This document shows, in pieces, positions 1 through 12,239 of a DNA stretch of 64,000 nucleotides; position 1 is the first letter of the stretch, and each line of letters opens with the position of its first letter. The position numbers were made by a program, and so were the translations under genes. Where the stretch lies: assembly GCA_002104905.1 (NCBI GenBank), contig MCFE01000328.1, positions 1 through 64,000 on the forward strand, read 5' to 3'. Below the pieces are notes generated by a model. The model saw only the letters and a list, made by a program, of their open reading frames with translations, was not told where the DNA came from and did not search any database. This DNA comes from Basidiobolus meristosporus CBS 931.73 (Eukaryota > Fungi > Basidiobolomycota).

Positions 1-1003
1 GAGTACAGGGGGGTGACTCATCTTAAATTATCAACTAAGATCAATCTTAAGGCAATCGGTTAATTAATCACTCTGGAGTAGTAGTCATAATACTTCTTAT
101 GGATGTCACGACTTGAGAACCAATCGAAATATGAATACACCAACCAGACAGCCAGACATATTGATCAAACATTGCTTCAGCACAGTCACCATCCGACTTA
201 ATCAGCTGTCCCTATTGGCTGGCTTTGGGGCATATGTTGGAATACCAAATTTGCTGAACTAATCAAAACCATGGCTGTGGTTCGTACTATTTTGTTCACT
301 CTTCACTTCCACCATTGATCGGGAAACTCTACTTATGAATACATCTTGTGTAGAGGCAATGTAATATGTCAACTAGCCGATGGGAAAATTATTTGCGACA
401 ATAGTTAGGTGTGTTGTGTTGCCAAAGTCCCCAAGCGCCATACCAACAATGGCGTGGTATTGGGGCTTACTGATCCTGCGAAGCATGAGCATAGCAATGA
501 TTTTTTCTCTGACATTAGTCTAGAGATGTGACTGATTATTGAGTAATCGTGTGTAGTTTTGGGGCGCAAAACAATCAGAACCATTGGCAGTGTTATAGAT
601 CGAAGGTGGTTCAAGTCAGGTTGCATTGGTATTCCAGAACGAGCTCAACCGCGATAGAGAGTATCCAAAAATAAAAGGCAGAGTAATCGTCTATTCAGGA
701 TGGATTAGAAATAAGCTTTACCAAATATGCGGGTCTGAACAATTATGGTCTAGCATTAGATCCTTGCCAAGCCGACCTGCGGGGAATATTTAGGCTTCTA
801 AACAAAGAAAAGCTTTGGACCGTTGTTGAGGAGCTGAAGGTCAAGAGATCCTTCCTCATGATTCATGGGTTGTGCTTACTGATCTTTGAAGCAACCTATT
901 AAGCTGTTGATACCAATAAACTGGATACGTTCTCTACCATGGCTGCCTCCAATGCTGGTCAGATTAATATGACTGCAGACCGCTGTCTTCTTGTACCTGG
1001 GAG

Positions 1004-1707
1004 TCGGCCCATTTCAACCGCAAGCGTATACCGGAAAGGGCGGTTCGCCCTAAAGGTGCAGGCACTCATGGATGTTTCGCAGGGTGCTACTCATCTGACC
1101 AAGGCCAAGCTTCTTTAGTGGTGGAACAATATAGGTTGGTATTTATCCGCTTTTTCATAGTCGCAGGGACAATGGCCCCGTCGATTGTACTGCGTGGGCT
1201 TATCGTGAAACTCTACGCAGAAGGAATCTGTGCATGACTGGGAACAACACCCCCATCCTCTTCATTCGTAACCCCATCAAATTTCCAAACTTCGTTCACA
1301 CACCAACACTTAATCCGAAAAGAATCATCCAGATGCCAGAGTCCACTCATCAAACTAGATCTTGTTCCCAGACCACTAGGGATCCTGCCGCATAAGTACC
1401 TACTAGAGTTACACACTGAAACTTGTGACTGAGAAAGGCGAGTTCATGTATGTCAAATAGTACCATAAGGTTGATCAGTGAACAGCAACTTTTATCGATG
1501 AAGCTGTTGCAATGGTTTGTCAAGGATCCGGATTATGGGGTACAAGCTCTTTCTCTAACCATTGGGCAAAGGAACCACCACTCGTGGAATGCGTATATTC
1601 AGGTGATGGTCCTGAGCACGGGATTCATTTGATGTCATTAAAGCATGACCTCACAACGGCGTTCTGCCTCGTGAGGTTGGCAGAATGACAATTAACAAAG
1701 TTTCGAA
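1004..1707 (+). pseudogene. Degenerate monofunctional heme catalase fragment
   Basis: Manual translation gives collinear catalase motifs: AHFNRKRIPERAVRPKGAG (catalytic His of VVHA replaced by Arg), VFIRF, VKLYAEG, GNNTPILFIRNPIKFPNFVHT, KDPDYG...SWNAYIQVM, FDVIKA*PH...EVGRMTINK. Several stops and frameshifts; no C-terminal half. Confidence 0.85.
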
Positions 1708-3001
1708 CACTACATAGTGAAAATGGAGTAGGTAACGCTCTCACCCTCTAACATGGTACCTAGTATAGGGACTTCATACATCGTGGTCGTATGTTCGCTC
1801 ACTCCAATGCCCATCAGTACCGTGATACTGTACATATGGCAGGTGATGAGTATGCACAAGCCGGAATGCTCTATCAAATCCCCATCAAATGCAGCCATTT
1901 CCCCCTCGATATCATGCTCCATATACAAATTTCAACGCATGCACTACCGCCTGGATGATTGCAAAAACTGTCACCGGCGATAGAAAATATGAGCATAATC
2001 CACTAAATAGATAAAGGATCTTGCACGTGACTCGCATGAATTGGGTGTTGGCATTGATTTTTCGAGGGTGCGGGTTAAAATTACCGCAGTGTTCATGAAA
2101 TGTCCCAACATTGTGAGAAGTTGGCAGTCCGATCATCAAGTCACACCTACCATGCTTTTGCCGTCGATGTACGTAATTACCACCGCATGTCCGGCATTTT
2201 CAACTGCGTTATAAATTGCACGGGTGCATGAAGCAGTTGGATCCGAATCATCTCCGCTAAACCTGCTATGACCAAAATCCGGTTGATTGGGCCGCACTTT
2301 TTGGGGATTGACAACCCTCTTGTTGCCAAATATGGGACTCGTGATTGCAAAGCAACACGACTGTACCCCTTTAGCCCCTAAAGTGTAAAGAAGACTTGGT
2401 TTGATAAGCAGGTTGCAAAAACGTTGGAGATCAGTCAGGTATATGACTGTGGATCAACTCCACAGGGGAGTTCTAGAGTTCAATCAATCCAATAGCCTCC
2501 TAACCAATCAGCTCGCGTAAAGACCGAGCCCGATTGTTTGCATCAAGTTCATACTCATGTTTCAAACCCTTCTTTCAAGGCTGAGTTTTCTCCACCAAAA
2601 ATGTTGAACAGATTCACACTCGACCAGTGTCGATCAACGAAGATTTCTCCACATTGGTCTACTAGCAGAAACTGTGGGTAGTCAGTGCAACTCCACCACC
2701 ATCTATCGAGTCCAGATCATGGAACTGTGCAAGGATATCATCGTCTCGTCATCAAGTTATGTTGTTTGAAGATAGGAGTGATACAGGTGCTATCGTTACA
2801 CTCGAATGCATTACAGCTTGTGGTTTATTATGTGGAATTAGTGAGGTCATACAAGGTTACATTGGAGAATTGTATCGTTTACACATTCAGCGTATATTAG
2901 ATCTAGTGTAATCAGGTTGATTGCTCGATAAGCAAACCCCCAAACATCATCTATACAGGTAAGTTTTATTTGTCCGTCAACTCATCACGCAATGAGCGTC
3001 A

Positions 3002-4666
3002 CTAGAATCGTCTCTGTGCAAGTAATCGCAGGCGGTCCATCCTATACTGCCCGTCGAATCTGTAAACCGGGACTTTTTCCGGCTCCGCACGAGATAATTT
3101 CATACGGGAAACTGTAATCACCAACATCAGCTTCAGGTTCAACATGGCAAAGTAGCGACCGGGACAGAACCTAGAGCCACCGCCGAACGGAAACACATTT
3201 TTGAATAGCCCCGTTTCGGTATTTTCCATGCTGAGATCAGTGTTGCCAGTAAAGCGATCGGGTAGGAATTTCTCCGGGTCTGGGAAATAGGACTTCTTGT
3301 TGTGTAACGGGAAGATGTTGATGGTGAGCTGAGAACGTTCTGGGACATAGTAACCAGCAAGCATCGTGCCGCTACGTGCAGTTCGAAGATTAAGAGGTAC
3401 ACTGGGGAATTGGCGCATGGTCTCAGTCAGCACAGCATGCGTGTACTTGAGTTTGTTCATATCTTCGTAGGTGATACGCTCAATAAAGGATCTATCCGAG
3501 ATATCTCCGAAAACTGACTCGAGCTCCGCAAGAAGATTCCTCTCCACTTCCGGATGCCGGGTGATCATATCCAAGAGAGATGCGAAAGTTCCCATGGTGG
3601 TATCAGATCCGGCGCTAAACATCTCACGCAAGTTCTGTCTAACGCTATCGCTGTTGTAGCTGCTCTCATTTTCGTTCTCCGGCATGGCCGACATGATGGC
3701 TGTCAGGAAATTAACCCGATACTTCGATGTAGACTTGCCATTTAATGCTTGACTACGTTTGTACTCTTCGACCTCCTGACGATACTCGTTGATGATGGTA
3801 TTCTCTACCTGGGTAAGCTGAGCAGTCATGGCCTTGTAGGCCTTGGCGCGTGTGGAGAAGGGAGGGATGTATTTCCACAAGAACTTGGGTGTGTAGACGA
3901 AGAATCCTAGTGCCTCGATGTATGAGCATAGGGCGTGACGGTAGCGCTCACCGATATCAGCATCGTCGTTAACACCCAAAGTGCCACTCTTGGCTGGCTG
4001 GGAGTGCTTTGGATAGACCTTATCAACCAGAGAAGGGAATTCCTTCTGAAGCTGCGCCCGTAAGCTTTCCATGCGTTTTCCAGTACTTGCTAATGCAATA
4101 ATATCCATGGTCAAGCTTTTCGACCATTCCAATACATCAATGTTAGAGTCCTCAGGAATGCTTTCCCAGATATCACACATCTCCCCGCAGAGGATTGCGG
4201 TTTGTTTAATACTTTCCCGCAAGAAAGGGACATTCATGAGAGCATGCTGCAAGAAGCGACGGTTATACTTCCACGTATCCAGGTTGTTATTCATGATGAT
4301 TCCCCTTTCGTGCATCTCGACCTGGCGCAAGCTTTCTGGGCAGGTATCACTTCGCAGAACAAACTCCGTCTTATTGGTGGTGTAGACTTCACGAATGAGC
4401 TTCTCATCGCAAATGAATATATGCGGCTTCGAGTTGAACAAGCTCAACTCGGCAATTTCGCCGTACTTTTCAGCTATGTAGTTGGCGAGCACACCGAAGT
4501 CCATCCCGCACTTTATCAGCAGGTGGATGTGTCCGATGAATGGAAGGGGGATGGGGCCTGGGGGACGAGAGCCTCGTTTCAGAAAGTAGTCTAGATAGAA
4601 GTAGATGCAGTATGTGACAAAAGCCGAGAGCAGCAACCTTCCGAGTTCTATGATCAATTGTAGCAT
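3002..4666 (-). CDS. Intronless cytochrome P450, about 554 aa
   Basis: Continuous ORF with first ATG at 4666 (MLQLIIELG). N-terminal TM helix then PPGPIPLP hinge, I-helix AGSDTT, ExxR (ETMR), PERF-like PEKF and heme motif FGGGSRFCPG. Confidence 0.93.
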   Translation of the reverse strand: MLQLIIELGRLLLSAFVTYCIYFYLDYFLKRGSRPPGPIPLPFIGHIHLLIKCGMDFGVLANYIAEKYGEIAELSLFNSKPHIFICDEKLIREVYTTNKTEFVLRSDTCPESLRQVEMHERGIIMNNNLDTWKYNRRFLQHALMNVPFLRESIKQTAILCGEMCDIWESIPEDSNIDVLEWSKSLTMDIIALASTGKRMESLRAQLQKEFPSLVDKVYPKHSQPAKSGTLGVNDDADIGERYRHALCSYIEALGFFVYTPKFLWKYIPPFSTRAKAYKAMTAQLTQVENTIINEYRQEVEEYKRSQALNGKSTSKYRVNFLTAIMSAMPENENESSYNSDSVRQNLREMFSAGSDTTMGTFASLLDMITRHPEVERNLLAELESVFGDISDRSFIERITYEDMNKLKYTHAVLTETMRQFPSVPLNLRTARSGTMLAGYYVPERSQLTINIFPLHNKKSYFPDPEKFLPDRFTGNTDLSMENTETGLFKNVFPFGGGSRFCPGRYFAMLNLKLMLVITVSRMKLSRAEPEKVPVYRFDGQYRMDRLRLLAQRRF

Positions 4667-6198
4667 GGCTAAATTGTTCGACCAGTGAGAAGGGGGAAAA
4701 GCTAGAAACGCAAGTTGGATTGCAACCAAAAAGCTGAGTGCAGGGTCTCGCTTTATATCTGAGGGAGGATCTAGATCGAGGGTGATTTAGGAATCTAACA
4801 TGATTTTTTTCGGTCAAAGAAACGAGAGGTTACATGCGTAACGGCCAGGTGACACAGCGCATGCAGTGCAGTGGGTCGTAATAGCCCAGGAGCCAGAAGG
4901 GTGTAGGTCTCTTGGGTATCGTACCACAATGAATTCAGCAGTCATGTATTATATAGATGGTGAAATGCCCCCCTTACATGTTCTTGAAAAGCAAATCCAA
5001 GTTCAATTAATTCCTCTATCATAAACTGGCTTTTACAACAAACCAGTTCTCCTCGCTTCGCCAGATATCAATTAGTACTTGGTGCAGTTGACCTTCTCCC
5101 CTACTTGCTCCATTCCTGTTCTTGATACTTTTCTCCGGACTCAATGTACTACGTTCAAATACGGCCGTCAGCGTTAATTACTTACCGCGGGGAAAAAACG
5201 TGGATCATAGGTTGACTTTTATGAGGTATATCTCCCTGACCTGTTGAGCGTCTCGTGGGTGCAGCTTAATGCCTAGCCCCATTGCCAAGGATTGGGCTAT
5301 CACAGGCCACTATTTCGTTCCATTGGACGCACCGTTGGTTATCAACTTCAGGCGCAGATACCTGATTGTCCACTAGTATAGAGTTAGGGCTGGGGCTATA
5401 TACCCCGCCCTGGAATACACGCCGTTTATTTCGAGGGCACCTTCGTGATAATTGAAGTTATCTCACTATTTGCCATTGCATTATTTTGAAGAGTTCGAGG
5501 CTATGTTCAGGTCCTTAACGAAATGCAGAACATACATGGGTCAAAGTGATCACCTCAACTGAGTCGGTCGCGGTGCGATATGGGCTTATTTACAGTTTTG
5601 ACAGGCCTTCCTAAAACTAATTTTACTCTACCTTTCAGTACAATAGCCATCCAGAGTTGCATTTTTTGTTGCATGATGCAATCAAGCTTGATGGGCTGAT
5701 TACTGTTCCACTAGTAGAATGATTTACTTTGAGGCAGGTGTAGAAACTTGGACGTTTAAGAATGAAAGTGAGCTATGCACTGACTCGATGAACAAGAATA
5801 GCCCGAACAGCTTGAGGTTGTATTTGTAAATTACATCACATAATGAAGTATGTTATAAAACATTGATTTGAACATTCATTAATGGAATATACCTCAGTGA
5901 TCTAGCTGCCATCTAAACTAGCTATATAAGCGTTTCAAGTACAATCAGCACAGCATTACTATATGTATATATATATACATACCATGGAGTAGTGTATAGG
6001 ATGTAGGTTTAACACCATGGAATAGTATGCATGCATGTAGCCTTGAAACAAATCTTATAGAGGCCGCAAAAATACATAGGCGTATTGCTTATTCAAATGG
6101 CTTTGTTTGAAGTGGTCAGGCTACAGAGTGCTCCTGGGTGTATTCGCTAACATTGACTCATTGCGTAAGAGTCCAGTGAATCTCATGTCTCACAGCAA

Positions 6199-6490
6199 AG
6201 TCACTCAAATCATAACATTGAGTAGGCAGTGATTGATAATTCTCATGCTCAGTCATTGGCACAGGGGTTAACTGGAGTAGATGTGGTCGTTACCCTAAGG
6301 TCTTGGCCGATGCCTAATGTAATCCCTCCGATCAGCATGGGCGAGGAATCTTAGTGCCATACACAATCTACAATAATAAGCTAATCATCACTGGTTAGTG
6401 GAGATTACGCAAACGTGACTACCGTGTAGAATAGCTCTAGGATTCAAACTTGATATCACCAAGGCATGGATGATGAGCACGGTCGGGAAT
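6199..6490 (+). pseudogene. Old, heavily decayed NmrA-like paralog remnant (exon 2 and start of exon 3)
   Basis: SHSNHNIE*AVIDNSHAQSLAQGLTGVDVVVTL (from 6199) matches SHPNPNV...ALSGVDVVISAL; VPYTIYNNKL (6354) matches LPYTIYQNGL; KLDIT (6446-6460) matches KLDITSA of the intact copies. Confidence 0.7.
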
Positions 6491-6510
6491 GGGCACTTTC
6501 GAACATCCAA

Positions 6511-7009
6511 CCCATACGTAACTTCTCCACCATTTGGCATCGACGTTACCACCGGGTCCTTCGCACTGTATGGCTCTGGAGACACCAAGCTCGATATCAC
6601 CAGTGCCAAGGATGTAGCCCGCTTCATCGCACACACTATCGGAGACAGCAAAAGTGAGAATCAAACCTACCATTTATCAGGGGACAGGCTCACCATGAAC
6701 CAAATAGTCGGCGAGCTAGCTGAGGTGACCAAGACCACCCCAACCATCACTCGCTTGGGGCACCCGGATCTCAAGCATCTGGAAGACCCGGAAAGCGGAG
6801 AGTTCATCCACGAGCATCTGAAAATCGAGGTCGAGGATGGAGTGTTTGAGCACACCATCATATCCAAGGGTGGGCACGACGATTTCCAATTCCGCACTCT
6901 CCGCGAGTTCTTAGCTGATCAAGTAGCTAGCAACTGAACCTGAGTCTGTATCAACCTCAACTATTCATAATAAACTACACTATCGTTATTTCATATCCAG
7001 TTCAGGATA
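6511..7009 (+). pseudogene. Young 5'-truncated NmrA fragment (most of exon 3 plus 3' UTR)
   Basis: About 98% identical to the 11266-12239 copy from YVTSPPFG to the stop at 6937, and shares its 3' UTR (AATAAA at 6969-6974) to about 7009. No start codon and no exons 1-2. Confidence 0.85.
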
Positions 7010-7022
7010 GTTGGACGAAAAT

Positions 7023-7076
7023 TTCGAATTCCGCACTCTCCGCAAGTTTTTAGTTGGCCAAGTAGCTGACAACTAG
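7023..7076 (+). pseudogene. Second, diverged NmrA 3' end
   Basis: Translates FEFRTLRKFLVGQVADN*, compared with FQFRTLREFLADQVASN* in the intact copies; followed by a diverged 3' UTR-like sequence. Confidence 0.75.
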
Positions 7077-7730
7077 CCTTAAAAATGCACTGTAGTCAAC
7101 CATTCATAATAAATCATCATCCCGTTACTCGTTATCCAGTCTAGGAAAGTTAGACATCGATTTTCGAAGTAGTCATTTTGCGAGGGATAAAACCTAATTC
7201 TGGTAAGCAAGACATGTATCCTTCCGGCAAGTGGTATGAGTAACCGCAGAACAATGCCTTTTCCAAGATTGGATAAGATCGTAGGACGCATTACTACCAT
7301 TCTAATCGGTATTTTTGTCCTCCCAACTCCGTAACCAAACATCTGATTCATACTACATACATGAGTAGCCATAATTAGCCTGTTCATGGCTTCCGGCTGA
7401 GTAATAGAACGGGATACTACGTATGGGCTGAGTTGCAAAAGCCACGATTTCCTAGTTGGCAATACCGCATGCGCTTAATATGAGTAGCCTTAGGAAGTAA
7501 CTAGATTTGATTGGATTATAACCGTGCTGTTGATAGAAGTGTATGTTCTCCAATGACTGTGATGGACTTGGGCTCCAATCACCGTTGATAGGTTCGCTTA
7601 GGCCAAGGCATCAGGTTGCTTGTAAATTGGTGCTTACACTAATCATACGTCAGATTTTACTTGTAAGCATTGACCATACCATTCAAGGTTGAACCATCCA
7701 CTCCTAGCCACGTGATATGTACCTCGCTAG

Positions 7731-7754
7731 TTTGTCCGCTAGAGGTTTCTCCGC
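7731..7754 (+). promoter_or_regulatory. Conserved upstream motif TTTGTCCGC-NN-GAGGTTTCTCCGC (also at 9505-9528 and 11120-11143)
   Basis: 22 of 24 positions are identical upstream of all three intact NmrA genes, about 120 bp before the ATG, although the 9650 copy is otherwise diverged. Confidence 0.6.
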
Positions 7755-7876
7755 CACAAGCCTTACCCTTCCTGGCCTTCTAAGAACATCCACAATCCTC
7801 AGGATTTGTCAGCGAGGTCTGTGCTTATATACAGCCCGGAAGGTCCCCTCTTCTGCAGAACAATTGAGAACGAAAC

Positions 7877-8850
7877 ATGACTGGATTCAGATCTATTGCT
7901 GTTGCTGGTGGCCTCGGGTATTTTGGCAGTGAGATCGTCCAAGCCTTGCTACAGCATGGATACACCCAAGTGAAGATCTTGTCTCGCAAGAACCAGGTTG
8001 GCGTCACAGCCATTCATCTCGGTGTTTGCATGGTTCTAATCTTTGATCTCCGATGTTACAGAATCACCCCAACCCCAATGTTCAAGTGGTGGCCATTGAC
8101 TACTCCAATGCCCAGACATTGGTGGAGGCACTGTCCGGGGTGGATGTGGTCATTAGTGCGCTGAATGACTATGCCATCTTGGAGCCTCAGCTGGCCCTTA
8201 TCGAAGCATCAAAGAGAGCTGGAGTCAAGCGCTTTGTGCCCTCGGAGTATGCTGTCGATTCTGCAGGGTAAGACAATCTAGGCCCATCTCCAATGTGATC
8301 ACTCTAATCCTCATGGGACTAACTTAGGAAAGGCAGTCCCATCTGGGAGGCTAGCCAGGCTCTAGTGAAGAGTCTCAAAGAGTCAGGACTACCATACACC
8401 ATCTATCAGAATGGTCTGTTCATGGAATACGTAACTTCTCCACCATTTGGCATCGACGTTACCACCGGGTCCTTCGCACTGTATGGCTCTGGGGACACCA
8501 AACTCGATATCACCAGTGCCAGGGATGTAGCCCGCTTCATCGCACACACTATCGGAGACAGCAAAAGTGAGAATCAAACCTACCATTTATCAGGGGACAG
8601 GCTCACCATGAACCAAATAGTCGGCGAGCTGGCTGAGGTGACCAAGACCACCCCAACCATCACTCGCTTGGAACACCCGGATCTCAAGCATCTGGAAGAC
8701 CCGGAAAGCGGAGAGTTCATCCACGAGCATCTGAAAATCGAGGTCGAGGATGGAGCGTTTGAGCACACCATCATATCCAAGGGTGGGCACGACGATTTCC
8801 AATTCCGCACTCTCCGCGAGTTCTTAACTGATCAAGTAGCTAGCAACTGA
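7877..8850 (+). CDS. NmrA-like / isoflavone reductase-like NAD(P)-binding protein, 282 aa
   Basis: Exons 7877-7996, 8062-8267, 8328-8850 with GT-AG introns that splice in frame. Rossmann motif IAVAGGLGYFG, plus VDVVISAL and VKRFVPSEY. Confidence 0.9.
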
Positions 8851-9649
8851 ATCTGAGTCTGTATCAACATCATCTATTCACAATAAACCTCACCATCCTT
8901 ACTCATTGTTCAGTCCAGGAAAGTACAATTCAACATTTGACTTGAATTCGGATGCTTTCAGCTAGTGTATTGGCCACTAAGAAATCGTGAAAGAAGTATA
9001 GGGATCCGAAGGGTAATGTCATTTTCAAGATTGGGTAAGCCATACAGTGGCATTTTTGCCATTCTAGATCACTAGTATTGATTGCTCAACCAAATCTGAT
9101 TCCAAATCTGACCAACAATTGACACATGAGTAGCCATAATTAGTCTGGTTAAACATAGCAGCTGAATAAACGAGTGTTGTATATTAGTTGACCCCACTCT
9201 ATATGTTCTGTAAGAGTTACTCCACCCAAAGTTTATTTAGTGTGAAGAGAATCGTATTGGCCTACTTCCCAAGAAACTAATGTATTCCATTCGGCTCACA
9301 AATAGATTTCGGTAGCGACAGAATTAGGTTGATCTGAATCGTTATGCCGTCCGTGGTTCACCTCATGATATTCCAAGACTCTTGTCAGTTCAATGTGCCA
9401 GTTTACCAGTGAGCGAGCTCGTGTTTCTGTCACATATAGGTATATCTATCTACTAAGCAAAGCATTCCAGGTTATTTCTGACCACGTGATGTGTACTTCA
9501 CTGGTTTGTCCGCTTGAGGTTTCTCCGCAACCGACATCAGGCTCTCTGGCCTTCGATGATCGGTCAAACCTTCATCATTTGTCAGCAGGTCTCATGGTTA
9601 AATAGACAAAGGAAGATGCCGAGTGATGCAGAACAATTGGAATCAAAGA

Positions 9650-10623
9650 ATGACTGGATACAAATCTATTGCCGTTGCTGGTGGTCTTGGAAGCTTTGGG
9701 AGCAAGATCGTACAGGCCTTGTTGGATCAGGGATATCCTCAAGTGAAGGTCCTAACACGTAAGAACCAGGTACGATTCAATACCCTTGTGTCCATTGTCA
9801 CATTCTTCCTCCCCTTTGCTCATTTAACATCAACAGAGCCACCCAAACCCGAATGTAACCGTAGTCGCCGTTGACTATGCGGATACCAAATCACTGATTA
9901 ACGCACTCACCGGGGTAGATGTGGTCATTAGCGCGTTGAATGATTATGCCACCTTAGGCCCTCAATTGGCACTCATCGAAGCCTCAAAAATCACTGGGGT
10001 CAAACGATTTGTGCCCTCGGAGTATGTAACCGATACTACAGAGTAAGAAAGCCTTGATGAGTTTATTCCGAGTCTTCGCTAAGCCCAGTTCTAAATCCAG
10101 AAAAAACGAACCCGTATGGGAACCAAGTAGGTCTCTGGTGAATAGTCTCAAAGAGTCCGGGCTGCCATACACCATTTATCAGAATGGCCTGTTCATGGAG
10201 TATGTGATGTCACCTATGTTTGGTATTGATGTTTCTACCGGGTCCATCACACTGTATGGCTCTGGTAACACCAAGGTTGATATCACTAGTGCCAAAGATG
10301 TGGCCCGCTTTATCGCATACACAATTGGTGACACCAAGAGCGAGAACAGGACTTACCACGTGGCAGGCGAAAGACTCACCATGAATGAAATCGTAAGCGA
10401 GCTAGTTGAAGTCACCAAAATCACTCCAGTCATCACCCGCCAGGAGCTGGCAGACCTGACGCATCTAGAAGATTACGAAAGTGAGGAATATATTCACGAG
10501 CACGCCCGCTTCGAGGCAGAAAACGGAGGCTTCAGACAGGCGGCGATCAGTAACAGTGAATACCCCGATTTCCGATTCCGCACATTCCATGAGTTCCTAC
10601 ATGACACTCCACTCGACAAGTAG
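9650..10623 (+). CDS. NmrA-like protein, divergent paralog, 282 aa
   Basis: Exons 9650-9769, 9837-10042, 10101-10623; same exon lengths (120/206/523) as its neighbours. IAVAGGLGSFG, VKRFVPSEY. Confidence 0.9.
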
Positions 10624-11265
10624 CTCAACTCTACTGCCATTTCCAAATCTACCCCATCCTTGCCACCAAGTCACATGATTGATGCCAATAAATGTTACAT
10701 TAATGCGTTTCCATTTGGTCACTTACTATGGTGGTACATGAAGTGAGGAATCACTTTCGTCTTATTTAAGGCTAGAGCCGTTCAACTGGTGACACTCCTA
10801 ATATATACGAAATCACTCATGTTGCTATTCTGTGTTGCTGGGTTCAATTAACAAACAGTCGTCATGAACATGGCCAACCAATATGATGAGCTTATTACAG
10901 GAGCGTTCCGCAGTACACTATGTGATGGATAAATGATGTGCAGCACTCCAACAATCATTCAAGTACTATGCTCAGAAGGTACACAGCATCCAAGGCCATC
11001 TAAGTGCTTACAATAAGTGCTGTGTGTGTACTTGTCATTTAGAAGTGTTAAGATTCAATCAATGATCGGATGACATAGGTAATCATCTAATGTACAGGTA
11101 CACTGCAAGTATTCACTAATTTGTCCGCCCGAGGTTTCTCCGCCACGAGTCTTACCCTCCCTGGCCTTCTAAGAACATCCACAATCCTCAGGATTTGTCA
11201 GCGAGGTCTGTGCTTATATACAGCCCGGAAGGTCCCCTCTTCTGCAGAACAATTGAGAACGAAAC

Positions 11266-12239
11266 ATGACTGGATTCAGATCTATTGCTGTTGCTGGCGG
11301 CCTCGGGTATTTTGGCAGTGAGATCGTCCAAGCCTTGCTACAGCATGGATACACCCAAGTGAAGATCTTGTCTCGCAAGAACCAGGTTGGCACCACAGCC
11401 ATTCATCTCGGTGTTTGCATGGTTCTAATCTTTGATCTCCGATGCTACAGAATCACCCCAACCCCAATGTTCAGGTGGTGGCCATTGACTACTCCAATGC
11501 CCAGACATTGGTGGAGGCACTGTCCGGGGTGGATGTGGTCATTAGTGCGCTGAATGACTATGCCATCTTGGAGCCTCAGCTGGCCCTTATCGAAGCATCA
11601 AAGAGAGCTGGAGTCAAGCGCTTTGTGCCCTCGGAGTATGCTGTTGATTCTGCAGGGTAAGACAATCTAGGCCCATCTCCAATGTGATCACTCTAATCCT
11701 CATGGGACTAACTTAGGAAAGGCAGTCCCATCTGGGAGGCTAGCCAGGCTCTAGTGAAGAGTCTCAAAGAGTCAGGACTACCATACACCATCTATCAGAA
11801 TGGTCTGTTCATGGAATACGTAACTTCTCCACCATTTGGCATCGACGTTACCACCGGGTCCTTCGCACTGTATGGCTCTGGGGACACCAAACTCGATATC
11901 ACCAGTGCCAGGGATGTAGCCCGCTTCATCGCACACACTATCGGAGACAGCAAAAGTGAGAATCAAACCTACCATTTATCAGGGGACAGGCTCACCATGA
12001 ACCAAATAGTCGGCGAGCTGGCTGAGGTGACCAAGACCACCCCAACCATCACTCGCTTGGAACACCCGGATCTCAAGCATCTGGAAGACCCGGAAAGCGG
12101 AGAGTTCATCCACGAGCATCTGAGAATCGAGGTCGAGGATGGAGCGTTTGAGCACACCATCATATCCAAGGGTGGGCACGACGATTTCCAATTCCGCACT
12201 CTCCGCGAGTTCTTAGCTGATCAAGTAGCTAGCAACTGA
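11266..12239 (+). CDS. NmrA-like protein, near-identical duplicate of 7877-8850
   Basis: Exons 11266-11385, 11451-11656, 11717-12239, offset 3389 bp from the 7877 copy; introns and about 150 bp of promoter are almost identical. Confidence 0.9.

Noticed and set aside
1213-1416. Minus-strand ORF ...EVWKFDGVTNEEDGGVVP
   Set aside because: Antisense shadow of the catalase pseudogene.
1710-2460. Protein-like minus-strand frames (RAIYNAVENAGHAVVITYIDGK)
   Set aside because: Probably a decayed gene, but resemblances to 2OG oxygenases, D-Ala ligase or saccharopine dehydrogenase were too weak to call.
5963-5980. Perfect palindrome atgtatatatatatacat
   Set aside because: Expected from a short (TA)n microsatellite.
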